Source of the DNA: a virus
Direction: 5' to 3' (one strand)
Length of the DNA: 36,666 nt
Virus record (IMG/VR): IMGVR_UViG_3300005077_000057
Location: 1-36,666 of that record
Position 1 is the stretch's first letter. Every line of letters starts with the position of its first letter. The notes below the pieces were generated by a model, which worked only from the letters and a program-made list of their open reading frames with translations, did not search any database and was not told the origin of the DNA. This document shows, piece after piece, positions 15,948-24,167 of the stretch. The position numbers were made by a program, and so were the translations under genes.

Positions 15948-16974
15948 AGAACGCTTTTATTTTAGTAATAATAAAATCTTGTTCTTCTTCGGTTAATTTA
16001 ATTCCGCAAGGCAAGCATACTGTCGTTTTATAAATCGCATCACTACTCCAAGTTCCATATTGCTTATACATTTTTTGCGTATGAATTGGCACAAAGCCCG
16101 GTCTTGTCTCTATATCAAATCTCGCTAAATAATCCATCAAAGTTTTGGCGTTAGGCGTGTTATACGGATACATCCAAAACGAACCTGCTCGCTTGATATA
16201 AGATGAATTGCCATAATTTGATAATTCTTTCGTATATTTATCCGCTATTCTCTTTTTAATAAGGTTATGCTCATCAAGTTTTTTAAGTTGTGAAGCTCCA
16301 AGTGCGCACTGCATAGCCCCCATACTCATACCGTAGCCGACTTTATTGTGCATATACTGCCCAGTTCGGTATTGGTCTTTTAATAATTTAATCTCTTTGG
16401 CAATGTCTTCATAATTCGTCACCACCATACCGCCCTCGCCTGTGGTTATAACCTTGTTGGCAAAGAACGAGAAACAACCAATATCGCCCTGTGAGCCAGC
16501 CATAAACCCTTCAACTTCTGCTCCAATAGCTTCCGCCGCATCTTCTATCACCGGAACACCATAGGATTTCAGTGTCGCCATATCGCAAGGTATCCCGTAT
16601 GTATGAACCGCTATAATTGCCTTTGTTTTTGGCGTTATTTTAATCTTATCGGCCATTATATTCAGCGTGTATGGTTCACTATCAACCAGAATTGGCGTTG
16701 CGCCTGTGTGCGATACCGCATTAGCTACCGCAATAAATGAAAAATCTGGCACTATAACCTCGTCTCCCGGCCCTATTCCTAACGCTTTTAGTGCGATAAA
16801 CAGCGCAGAAGTGCCTGAATTGACCGCTATGGCGAACTTCACGCCCATTTTCTCGGCAAATGCTCTCTCAAAATCATCACAAACGGCTGTTCTGCCCGAT
16901 AATTCGTTATTTTCAAGGCATTTAACCACCGCTTCAATGTCTTCTTTGTCTATATTTGGCTCGCAAATGTTCAT
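15940..16974 (-). CDS. DegT/DnrJ/EryC1/StrS-family PLP-dependent sugar aminotransferase.
   Basis: AVNSGTSALFIALKALGIGPGDEVIVP ... DAAEAIGA ... FSFFANKVITTGEGGMVVT (Schiff-base Lys). Length 344 aa. Confidence 0.9.
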   Translation of the reverse strand: MNICEPNIDKEDIEAVVKCLENNELSGRTAVCDDFERAFAEKMGVKFAIAVNSGTSALFIALKALGIGPGDEVIVPDFSFIAVANAVSHTGATPILVDSEPYTLNIMADKIKITPKTKAIIAVHTYGIPCDMATLKSYGVPVIEDAAEAIGAEVEGFMAGSQGDIGCFSFFANKVITTGEGGMVVTNYEDIAKEIKLLKDQYRTGQYMHNKVGYGMSMGAMQCALGASQLKKLDEHNLIKKRIADKYTKELSNYGNSSYIKRAGSFWMYPYNTPNAKTLMDYLARFDIETRPGFVPIHTQKMYKQYGTWSSDAIYKTTVCLPCGIKLTEEEQDFIITKIKAFYD

Positions 16975-17495
16975 AAATCGTAGTGTGCTATTAAATAACT
17001 TCTTCCTATAAATCGTTTAGAATGTATTGTCTTGACCGTGCCGTTAGGCAGTAAATCAAGCAAATCCTGCTCGCTAAACTCCCATAAATGCTCCGGGTCA
17101 TCAAACTCCAAGTGCGGTGTAGATAATATAATTCGCTTCCTTGCCAGTCGCACCATCTCTTTTATTAAAAGTTCGGGTTTTTCTAAATGCTCAATCACTT
17201 CCCCAGCCACCACCGTATCAAATGATTTATCTTTGAAAGGTGTCCGTAGAATATCAGCGCAAACAAACTTCGTTTCAGGATATAGTTGTTCGCATTTTGA
17301 TATTGTGCGTGGTGAATAATCCACTCCGACACCGCCTATCACATCAGCAAATGGCGATAAACCACATCCCAAGTCAAGCACCGTGCCGATTACTCTTTTA
17401 GCGTATTCTCTCTGCCGTAGTCCGAAGTCCATAGCGGTCTGGTGTTCATCCCAGTAATTCGGCGTGTTTATATTGGCAGTAGTTAATCGCTTCAT
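16971..17495 (-). CDS. Class I SAM-dependent methyltransferase.
   Basis: Motif I VLDLGCGLSPF, then FDTVVAGEVIEHLEKP. ATGA overlaps on both sides. Confidence 0.8.
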   Translation of the reverse strand: MKRLTTANINTPNYWDEHQTAMDFGLRQREYAKRVIGTVLDLGCGLSPFADVIGGVGVDYSPRTISKCEQLYPETKFVCADILRTPFKDKSFDTVVAGEVIEHLEKPELLIKEMVRLARKRIILSTPHLEFDDPEHLWEFSEQDLLDLLPNGTVKTIHSKRFIGRSYLIAHYDL

Positions 17496-18577
17496 ATACC
17501 CACAACTATTGGTTTATCTCGCCAATTTATTACCTTTGTTTCATAACCGACCTCTTCAAGCATCTGTTTCATATCCTCTACCGCAATGCCGTAAAATCTA
17601 TCGTGATAAGCCATTTTGCGTAAATTGCCCTGCATCACTACCGACTTACAACTCTTTCTTATTTGTCTCAAAATCTCTTTTTTGTTTTTTAGGTGATAGA
17701 TAACATTTAGCAATAAACAGGTATCGTATTTGTCAATTATTTTATAAGTATTCAAGTCAGCCACTTCAAATGTTATCGGTAAATCTCTTTTGTTTAGTTT
17801 TTCAAATATCAGTTTGTTAGTCCAAGCTCCCTCTACGAACTTGTAATCTACGCCGTGAGCGATACTGCCCTGTAATGCCGACTTAATTGACATCAGCCCT
17901 TCATTACATCCCAAGTCCAACACTTTTTTACCGATTAAATCTTTTATCACCGGCCACCTATCGTCAGCGTTTTCTCTATAAATAAAAGGCACATTTTGCT
18001 CCAAGTTTTTGAACTCGCCGTAATCTATCAAGTAGTAGTTCGGGCCAAGTCCTATCTCACGGGCTTTTGTTTTTCTTTTCAGCCACTCCCAAGATACTCC
18101 CTCCCAATGAAACGCAAACTCTTTAACTTCAATTTCAGGTATCTGTAAGTAGTGAGCAACTAAGCTCCTGTGTGAGCCATCAAACTTCTCGCCTGTCCGC
18201 TCTACACATACTCCGCCATAGTGTCCCAAGTTCTTGTTAAATCCTGTTCGCATTGAGGTCAGTATCTCTTTTAATGAACGGATTTTAACATCAACATAAT
18301 TATCACCTTTTATTTTCCCCCAAAAGCTGTAATATCTCGTATCTTGGAACTTTATATCGGGGTTTTTGTCTATCTGCTCTATTGTTTCTAAAACTGGGTG
18401 ATAATCTATCTCATAAAACTTTTCTGTGTTTTCTTCCCACACTATCGGCTTACTGCGGTCTTCCTCTGGCTCTAACTGGACAAAATCTGTCGGTTTAATT
18501 GACTTCCAAACGAACTTATCAGCACTCATTAAGTCGTGCCTTTGTTGCCAAGTTGTCGTGTGAAAATCAAATGTCAT
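17492..18577 (-). CDS. Two-domain protein: ParB/Srx-like N-domain plus a class I SAM methyltransferase.
   Basis: N-half has VCVERTGEKFDGSHRSLVAHYLQIPEIEV (DGxHR-type motif). C-half has KVLDLGCNEGLMS ... YDTCLLLNVIYHLKN. Confidence 0.6.
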   Translation of the reverse strand: MTFDFHTTTWQQRHDLMSADKFVWKSIKPTDFVQLEPEEDRSKPIVWEENTEKFYEIDYHPVLETIEQIDKNPDIKFQDTRYYSFWGKIKGDNYVDVKIRSLKEILTSMRTGFNKNLGHYGGVCVERTGEKFDGSHRSLVAHYLQIPEIEVKEFAFHWEGVSWEWLKRKTKAREIGLGPNYYLIDYGEFKNLEQNVPFIYRENADDRWPVIKDLIGKKVLDLGCNEGLMSIKSALQGSIAHGVDYKFVEGAWTNKLIFEKLNKRDLPITFEVADLNTYKIIDKYDTCLLLNVIYHLKNKKEILRQIRKSCKSVVMQGNLRKMAYHDRFYGIAVEDMKQMLEEVGYETKVINWRDKPIVVGI

Positions 18578-19509
18578 AATGATAGATATTTTGGTTTTAA
18601 TGTTTTCCAGCTATTTTGTTTAGCCCACTCTTTGCCCATTAAAGAGTATTTTGATATGTCTTTGCCATACCACTCGTCTATTTTCTGGGCTATTTTTTTA
18701 GGGTTAATTATGGCGCAATCAAACTCTGCTCCAATACGCTTTTTTACATATCCATCGTGGTCTATCAATAATTCTTTTGGCAACCAAGTATTTGTCGGAA
18801 ATCTGTCGCTGGCCATTACCGGAATACCACTCGCATACGCTTCTTGCATCGGCAAAAATGAACCACCAAACTTTTCAGGAAATATCAGTATGTCGCCGTC
18901 TTTCCATAAATCCTCATAGGGCATATCACCTCTAAATATCTCTACTCTTGTGTCATCGCTTTTCAAATCAAGGTTTTGGGAACGCACTTTTAATTTAATC
19001 GGGCTTTTAACATACTTCATCGCTTCCAATAGTTCCTTTGTGCCGTTTCTACCGCCCAGTCCGCCGTGTCCGGCATTGTGTATAAACACTTCGGCTCGCT
19101 TTCTTAACTTCCATTTCATATCCACCGGAACATTTATGTATTGGCAAGGTATCTGGCATCCTAATCTTTTGTAATGCTCAACCTCAATTTCGCTTCCACC
19201 CACCAATACATCGGGATAATAAGGAAAAGGATACTGCGTGCATTCATACATCGCTAATAATATTGTTTTAATCCCCTTTAATTTTGCTTCTGGTATTACC
19301 TTCCAATTAAAAGGAGTTTCAAAGAACATTAACTTGTCGCATTCGTATAAATCCTCTATCCGATTAACCCTCTCCTTGCCATACCAATTCTCTGTCTTAT
19401 AAGAGGAGTGCGGATATACGAATATTTTGTCTATTATGCCGTGGTCAATAAAGGATTTTGCTTGTATCCCCAGTCCGCTTTGTGTGGCATAGCAAATCGT
19501 GCCTATCAT
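18574..19509 (-). CDS. GT-B fold glycosyltransferase (GT1/GT4-like).
   Basis: DILIFPEKFGGSFLPMQEAYASGIPVMASD matches the E-x7-E / GT4 C-terminal donor-binding signature. Confidence 0.7.
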   Translation of the reverse strand: MIGTICYATQSGLGIQAKSFIDHGIIDKIFVYPHSSYKTENWYGKERVNRIEDLYECDKLMFFETPFNWKVIPEAKLKGIKTILLAMYECTQYPFPYYPDVLVGGSEIEVEHYKRLGCQIPCQYINVPVDMKWKLRKRAEVFIHNAGHGGLGGRNGTKELLEAMKYVKSPIKLKVRSQNLDLKSDDTRVEIFRGDMPYEDLWKDGDILIFPEKFGGSFLPMQEAYASGIPVMASDRFPTNTWLPKELLIDHDGYVKKRIGAEFDCAIINPKKIAQKIDEWYGKDISKYSLMGKEWAKQNSWKTLKPKYLSL

Positions 19510-20447
19510 ATGTTCGGGTTATTGTGAGCCGTTTTATATTCATTTATTCTTTCAACTAACTCTTTACATCTTATTGTATAGGTATGATTGGCCCTGCAAT
19601 GCTCAAATCCAGCCATTCTTATATCATCTCGTTCTTTATCGTGGAATATGAAGTAGTCAATTTTCTCTTTTAACCCTTCAAAATCGCCAATTTTGTATGG
19701 AATGTAGTGCTTATACTTTTCAAAGTCGTTCATTCCCTCAATTTCAGGGAAAATCAGGAAACCACCTCGCCCTAATGTTTCATAAATACGATTGCTCCAA
19801 TACTTTGGTCTTACCACGCTATCGCCCACCACCACTTTTGCCGAAGCATACAGGTCATTCAGTTCTTGGTTGCGTATTTCCTTTCCTTTGCCGAAGTGCT
19901 TAAATCTTGGACCATAGGTATTTTTCAAAAAGGTCAGTAATGTTCCCCGATAACTCCAATTAAATGCGTTGCTGTGAACATCTGTGCCGACAAATATCAC
20001 ATCATAGCGGTATTCTTGCCGGACATTCCCTAACACCGCTTCCGGCTCATAAATGCCTTGTCTTAATACCGAATGATTTACCCCTATTCTGGCAAAACTC
20101 TCTTGATTACCACCGTCAGTAGTAAATACCAAGTCAGCGTCAAATAATGGATGGTCAAAGACAAGGTGTTCTCTGTTCGTTCCCCAGCATAAGTCCCAGA
20201 ACCACCCTACTCGCAAAGTCGGACATTGTTTAAGAGCAAATTTACATCTTGTCGTGTCGCCTTGAAACCAACTTTTACTCAATAAGATAAAATCGTATTT
20301 TTCTTTTAATAGCGCTTCAAGCTGTGTCGGATTAACCTCATTAACTTGTTTTCTAATAACCGTATGCCCCATACTTTCAAGCGTATTTGAAACATAAACT
20401 TCGGTATCAAATGGCTTCTCAAACACGCCAAAGTAAAGGATAGTCAT
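19506..20447 (-). CDS. CgeB-like glycosyltransferase (Glyco_trans_1_2 type).
   Basis: Start taken at ATG 20447 (MTILYFGVFEKPF), 2 nt after the upstream stop. C-terminal SNRIYETLGRGGFLIFPE...YIPYKIGDFEGLKEKIDYFIFHDKERDDIRMAGFEHCRANHTYTIR resembles CgeB-family proteins. Confidence 0.55.
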   Translation of the reverse strand: MTILYFGVFEKPFDTEVYVSNTLESMGHTVIRKQVNEVNPTQLEALLKEKYDFILLSKSWFQGDTTRCKFALKQCPTLRVGWFWDLCWGTNREHLVFDHPLFDADLVFTTDGGNQESFARIGVNHSVLRQGIYEPEAVLGNVRQEYRYDVIFVGTDVHSNAFNWSYRGTLLTFLKNTYGPRFKHFGKGKEIRNQELNDLYASAKVVVGDSVVRPKYWSNRIYETLGRGGFLIFPEIEGMNDFEKYKHYIPYKIGDFEGLKEKIDYFIFHDKERDDIRMAGFEHCRANHTYTIRCKELVERINEYKTAHNNPNI

Positions 20448-20449
20448 AG

Positions 20450-20701
20450 TTAGTGTTTTTTCATTTTGTGCATCCGCAGTGATTTCTCGTTCTTGGCGAC
20501 AAACCCGCAAATCGGACACTCTATTATATCTTTGGCTTCTATTGGCGTTTCTGCCGGTTCGCTACCAACCTCGCCCAAATCTTTCCACAAAGGGTTATTC
20601 TTTAATGTTTCGGCAACCATCTCTTCGGGTATATCCACTATCCCCATATCTACGGCGCAACCGCCGTCTAACTTAAATCGTCTTAAATAATGAAATGTCA
20701 T
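20450..20701 (-). CDS. Small protein with a C-terminal C2H2-type zinc finger.
   Basis: CPICGFVAKNEKSLRMHKMKKH fits C-x2-C-x12-H-x4-H exactly. ATGA-coupled to the upstream glycosyltransferase. Confidence 0.5.
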   Translation of the reverse strand: MTFHYLRRFKLDGGCAVDMGIVDIPEEMVAETLKNNPLWKDLGEVGSEPAETPIEAKDIIECPICGFVAKNEKSLRMHKMKKH

Positions 20702-21414
20702 AATCTTGGTTTAGTTTCACTTGACTCTCTCAATTTTTTTAGCAACCCCTCCCTATTAAAAACTATTGGCTCTAAATCTTTTGTTAAATCATCATAATAC
20801 ACTTTGCTTTTGAACCTTGCGCCAGCATCATACTTGGCGTATCTCTCCGCTTTCCTTAACCGGTCATCTTTTAGCATTAAGCCGTAATGTTCAAGGTAAA
20901 ATGGTGCGTGCCAACCCCTATGGTAATAAATTGGCGGTGCTAATCCGCAATGCAGGCGTTTATTCTGATATTTGGTGTTATCGGGCAAATACTTGAAGTA
21001 TCTTACATTCCAAAACCTTTGTATGCCTGCTCCGTGATAAAAATGTTCAGGGTCGTTATAAAGGTTCACCACCAGAAAATAATATGCTATCTCTTTGCCA
21101 CCTGCCAGCCGTTCCGCTTCGGCACGGGTGAACTCTGGGGCAAATATCTCATCCATATCAAGGGCTACTATCCAGTCGGGTTTTAATCCGCCTGCCTTAC
21201 GCAGTAAATCGCCCTTAATCTCTGGTTGGTGTATTCCCCATTCTCTATTGTCTTCGTATTGCCAAAATCCGTATTTTTTAATCAGCTTTTTGGTTTTAGT
21301 ATCAGCGTTATTGGTGGCGATAATCACATCATCACACAAGCGTTTGAACTCTTTAAGCGTTTGCTCTATGTATTTTTCATTCGGGCCGGCCACACCCATC
21401 CCCACTATTTTCAT
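20698..21414 (-). CDS. Glycosyltransferase, GT-A/GT2-like.
   Basis: DDVIIATNNADTKT ... DWIVALDMDEIF (DxD). About 240 aa single-domain architecture. Confidence 0.5.
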   Translation of the reverse strand: MKIVGMGVAGPNEKYIEQTLKEFKRLCDDVIIATNNADTKTKKLIKKYGFWQYEDNREWGIHQPEIKGDLLRKAGGLKPDWIVALDMDEIFAPEFTRAEAERLAGGKEIAYYFLVVNLYNDPEHFYHGAGIQRFWNVRYFKYLPDNTKYQNKRLHCGLAPPIYYHRGWHAPFYLEHYGLMLKDDRLRKAERYAKYDAGARFKSKVYYDDLTKDLEPIVFNREGLLKKLRESSETKPRL

Positions 21415-21422
21415 ATTCTATA

Positions 21423-21644
21423 CTAACCCTGCCTGATTAACTCCTTATTTAGCCATTCAAGCATCTTTTCAGCGTGGTCTATCTGCATTATGGAGGCGTT
21501 TAGCTCCTTTTTGGCTTCGGCATTGCCCTTTAATTCCTCATCATTCTCGTAAATAAACTGTTTATAGTTCTTTAACACTTCATAATAGGGCATTTTTTCC
21601 TCAATCTCGCCTATCATTTTGCTTATTTGCTCTTTGTATGTCAT
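21423..21644 (-). CDS. Hypothetical small helical protein.
   Basis: 73-aa ORF. An internal ATG at 21593 preceded by GAGGA is an alternative start that would avoid the 44-nt overlap with the upstream gene. Confidence 0.4.
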   Translation of the reverse strand: MTYKEQISKMIGEIEEKMPYYEVLKNYKQFIYENDEELKGNAEAKKELNASIMQIDHAEKMLEWLNKELIRQG

Positions 21645-21957
21645 AAAGTTCTTTTTTATTTGGTAATCTGCCTGCTTTAATAGATTTTTTAATCTCCTTT
21701 TCCACCCAAGCGTTGATACGCTCTGCGGCTCGCTTGTTTTCTACTGTCTCCGTATAATCAAGGTCGCCACTTTCCAATAGTTCCCGATACTTTTGTTTCT
21801 TTTTCTCGGGTATATCCGGTTCTTTTAGGGCAAGCTCCATAACTCTTTTAACTGTGAGCGATACTTTCCTTTGTCGCAATAATCCTTTGAAGTAAGAACG
21901 GGGAATAGAGGCCTGTATTCTCTTTAACTCCTCTGTTATTTGGTCTTGTGTTATCAT
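21601..21957 (-). CDS. Hypothetical protein (head-proximal).
   Basis: 118-aa ORF, ATGA-coupled to the upstream gene. Basic and helical, with no recognisable motif. Confidence 0.5.
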   Translation of the reverse strand: MITQDQITEELKRIQASIPRSYFKGLLRQRKVSLTVKRVMELALKEPDIPEKKKQKYRELLESGDLDYTETVENKRAAERINAWVEKEIKKSIKAGRLPNKKELYDIQRANKQNDRRD

Positions 21958-22319
21958 ACTCGTCTTTGGTTAAACTCTCTGACACCATTGCCGAACACAT
22001 CATTGTTTGGCGGTGTCTCAAAGTTTCCTTTGGCACTCTCCAGCTCTTCTTCGTAGCCCTGTCGCAATCGTTCTTGGGACTTTTCAATTCCCTCTGTCTT
22101 AAATAGTTCTCTTGACTCCATTATAGCTTGGGCGTATTTACTCCCGTCTGATACTCCGATTTGTTTGTGTTTTTTCTTATGTAGCTCCCACGCCTCTCTC
22201 GCTTCGGCTGGAACTATATTTCCATTAACCTCATAGAAATAGGTTTTTTTAGTTTGTAGTTCGGCAGATTTACCGTTCAAACTAACTGTTGCGACTTTTG
22301 GTGGTTCTGTAAATTGCAT
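21954..22319 (-). CDS. Hypothetical protein downstream of the capsid gene.
   Basis: 121-aa ORF, co-oriented. No recognisable motif. Confidence 0.5.
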   Translation of the reverse strand: MQFTEPPKVATVSLNGKSAELQTKKTYFYEVNGNIVPAEAREAWELHKKKHKQIGVSDGSKYAQAIMESRELFKTEGIEKSQERLRQGYEEELESAKGNFETPPNNDVFGNGVREFNQRRV

Positions 22320-22343
22320 AAGATTATTTGCTTTTTGTCCTCC

Positions 22344-22367
22344 CCCCTCTCAAAAAGCCAAGAGGGG
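22344..22367 (-). promoter_or_regulatory. Stem-loop immediately after the major capsid gene (possible attenuator or RNA-stability element).
   Basis: Minus strand CCCCUCU-(10 nt)-AGAGGGG, a 7-bp G/C-rich stem about 28 nt after the capsid stop. No U-tract follows, so it is not a classical intrinsic terminator. Confidence 0.3.
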
Positions 22368-22394
22368 CGAGAAACAATCTTAATCCCTTACGGG

Positions 22395-23324
22395 TTATGA
22401 AGCTATGTAAGCGTTTGATGCGTTAATCAACACAGCGCCGGGTTCACGCAAAACGGCTACGCCATACATAATGTCAACGACAGTAAGTAAAGCGATGTTT
22501 TCCAGCCAGTTCTGTGATTGAACACGAACTCGGTTAGAACCCATAGTGCGTAAAGCCATACCGAATGCGCTTTTGTGTAAAAGCATATTGCGGTAAGTTT
22601 GCAAACCGGAAACGATATTGGTGGATGTATAAATGGGGATACCGTATAACATACCTTTGTAGTTTCCTTTTGCGGTGCTGGAATTGAAATTACCAGTCAT
22701 TACTGGACCTGCTTGGTTAGCGTTGCCAAGTGTAGCGGAAGTATAGAACTTCGCAATGGCGAAAATCTGATTCCAATACACATAAGGGTGGAAAAAGAAC
22801 GCACACTCATTCAGGTCATAATTCAAGCTATCAAGTTTCTCAATAGATTGACGAACTTCGGCATCAGAAATGTAGGTAGCTGTATCACCAACGGTGTTGG
22901 TAGTTATAGAACTCCACAAGGCAGCAATAGAACCTTCCAAAGCTGTGGCGAGAACGCCAGCGGCTTCTTTGGCATATTTGCTGTTGATGTCGTATTTCTG
23001 GGCTACTAATTGAAGGTCTAAATCTCCAATTAAGAAAGCCACATACTTGTGGGTGTTGATGGTCAAATAAACATCAACTTGCGCGGGGGCTTGGGTAGTA
23101 ACCTCAACTGCCTGCGTGGTCTGCGTTGAAGCAGAGAATGTGTTGGTGAACAACTCCGGAACATGGAAAATATCTCCGCCTTGAGTAGCATAAGCGCTCA
23201 AATCGGTGATAAAGTCCGCAAGGACAGTTTTGTCAAAGAATGCTTCGTTGACGATTGGAGTCCAAACTTCCGGAATTGATGCTGCCAACTCTGTTGAATC
23301 AAACGGGTCACTGTCAAGTGCCAT
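22395..23324 (-). CDS. Major capsid protein.
   Basis: 309 aa, directly after an acidic coiled-coil scaffold-like gene and the portal. The N-terminal pattern ...IPEVWTPIVNEAFFDKTVLADFITDLS...GGDIFHVP is typical of phage major capsid proteins. Confidence 0.75.
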   Translation of the reverse strand: MALDSDPFDSTELAASIPEVWTPIVNEAFFDKTVLADFITDLSAYATQGGDIFHVPELFTNTFSASTQTTQAVEVTTQAPAQVDVYLTINTHKYVAFLIGDLDLQLVAQKYDINSKYAKEAAGVLATALEGSIAALWSSITTNTVGDTATYISDAEVRQSIEKLDSLNYDLNECAFFFHPYVYWNQIFAIAKFYTSATLGNANQAGPVMTGNFNSSTAKGNYKGMLYGIPIYTSTNIVSGLQTYRNMLLHKSAFGMALRTMGSNRVRVQSQNWLENIALLTVVDIMYGVAVLREPGAVLINASNAYIAS

Positions 23325-23333
23325 ATTTAATTA

Positions 23334-23912
23334 TTATCCCCGTCTCTTCATCATTTTGTGAAAGTTTTTGGCTCGTTCTTGGTCGTTCATTTCTGACCAA
23401 GTTTTACCATTAACAACCGTGGAATGTGAAGAAGTAGGAGGGACAGCGTTTGCTATCTTTGCTTTGGCCTGTTTAACTTTCAGATAAGATTTTATCACAT
23501 TAGCGTTTAACGCTTCCTCGTAAGAGATATTTTTACCTTTGGCATAAGCGATAACTTCGTCTATGTCTTCGGCATCTAAATCTCTGCCTTTGGAAGTGAT
23601 AAACTCTATCTTCCGTTTCCAATCCAAATCTCCATCGGGTTGTTGTGAGTTAGTCGGCTTCTTTTCAACTTTATCGGATTTTTTAATTCTCGCATAAAGC
23701 TGTTTGTTTTTTGCCTCTGATTCAGCCAATCTGGCTTTTAGGGCATCTACATCTTCCGATTTGTCTTCGGCCTTTGACTCTTCGGAAGTGTCTTGATTTT
23801 CCTCGTCTAATTCAAGGTCAAGGTCAAGTTCCTCGTCAGGATTTTCAGAGGTGTCCTGCTCCTCGTTTGGGACTTTCGTCTCGTCTATCATAGCGATAGT
23901 GCTTATGGGCAT
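23334..23912 (-). CDS. Scaffolding protein.
   Basis: 192 aa. Very acidic N-terminus (EEQDTSENPDEELDLDLELDEENQD), a coiled-coil middle, and a position between the portal and capsid genes. Confidence 0.6.
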   Translation of the reverse strand: MPISTIAMIDETKVPNEEQDTSENPDEELDLDLELDEENQDTSEESKAEDKSEDVDALKARLAESEAKNKQLYARIKKSDKVEKKPTNSQQPDGDLDWKRKIEFITSKGRDLDAEDIDEVIAYAKGKNISYEEALNANVIKSYLKVKQAKAKIANAVPPTSSHSTVVNGKTWSEMNDQERAKNFHKMMKRRG

Positions 23913-23939
23913 TTTAGAGAGTTGCCACTAAACTCGGTT

Positions 23940-24167
23940 TTATTGCCAATTATCATCTGCCTTTTCTTGCGTATCATTCGCAGTTTTGAGCCGTTGGATA
24001 ACTAAATCGTCTATCACTTCGCATACGGCTTTTCTCACTTCAATCTCTATTTCGGGTTTTACATTTATTGGTTTGCGTATATCCGCTACTTTCAGTTTCA
24101 CTTCTTCCAGAAAATCATATAGCTGGGTGTTCTCCATTCCGGCGGATAATGCTTTGTAATCTATCAT
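23940..24167 (-). CDS. Hypothetical small protein.
   Basis: 75-aa ORF, ATGA-coupled to the portal gene. Confidence 0.45.
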   Translation of the reverse strand: MIDYKALSAGMENTQLYDFLEEVKLKVADIRKPINVKPEIEIEVRKAVCEVIDDLVIQRLKTANDTQEKADDNWQ

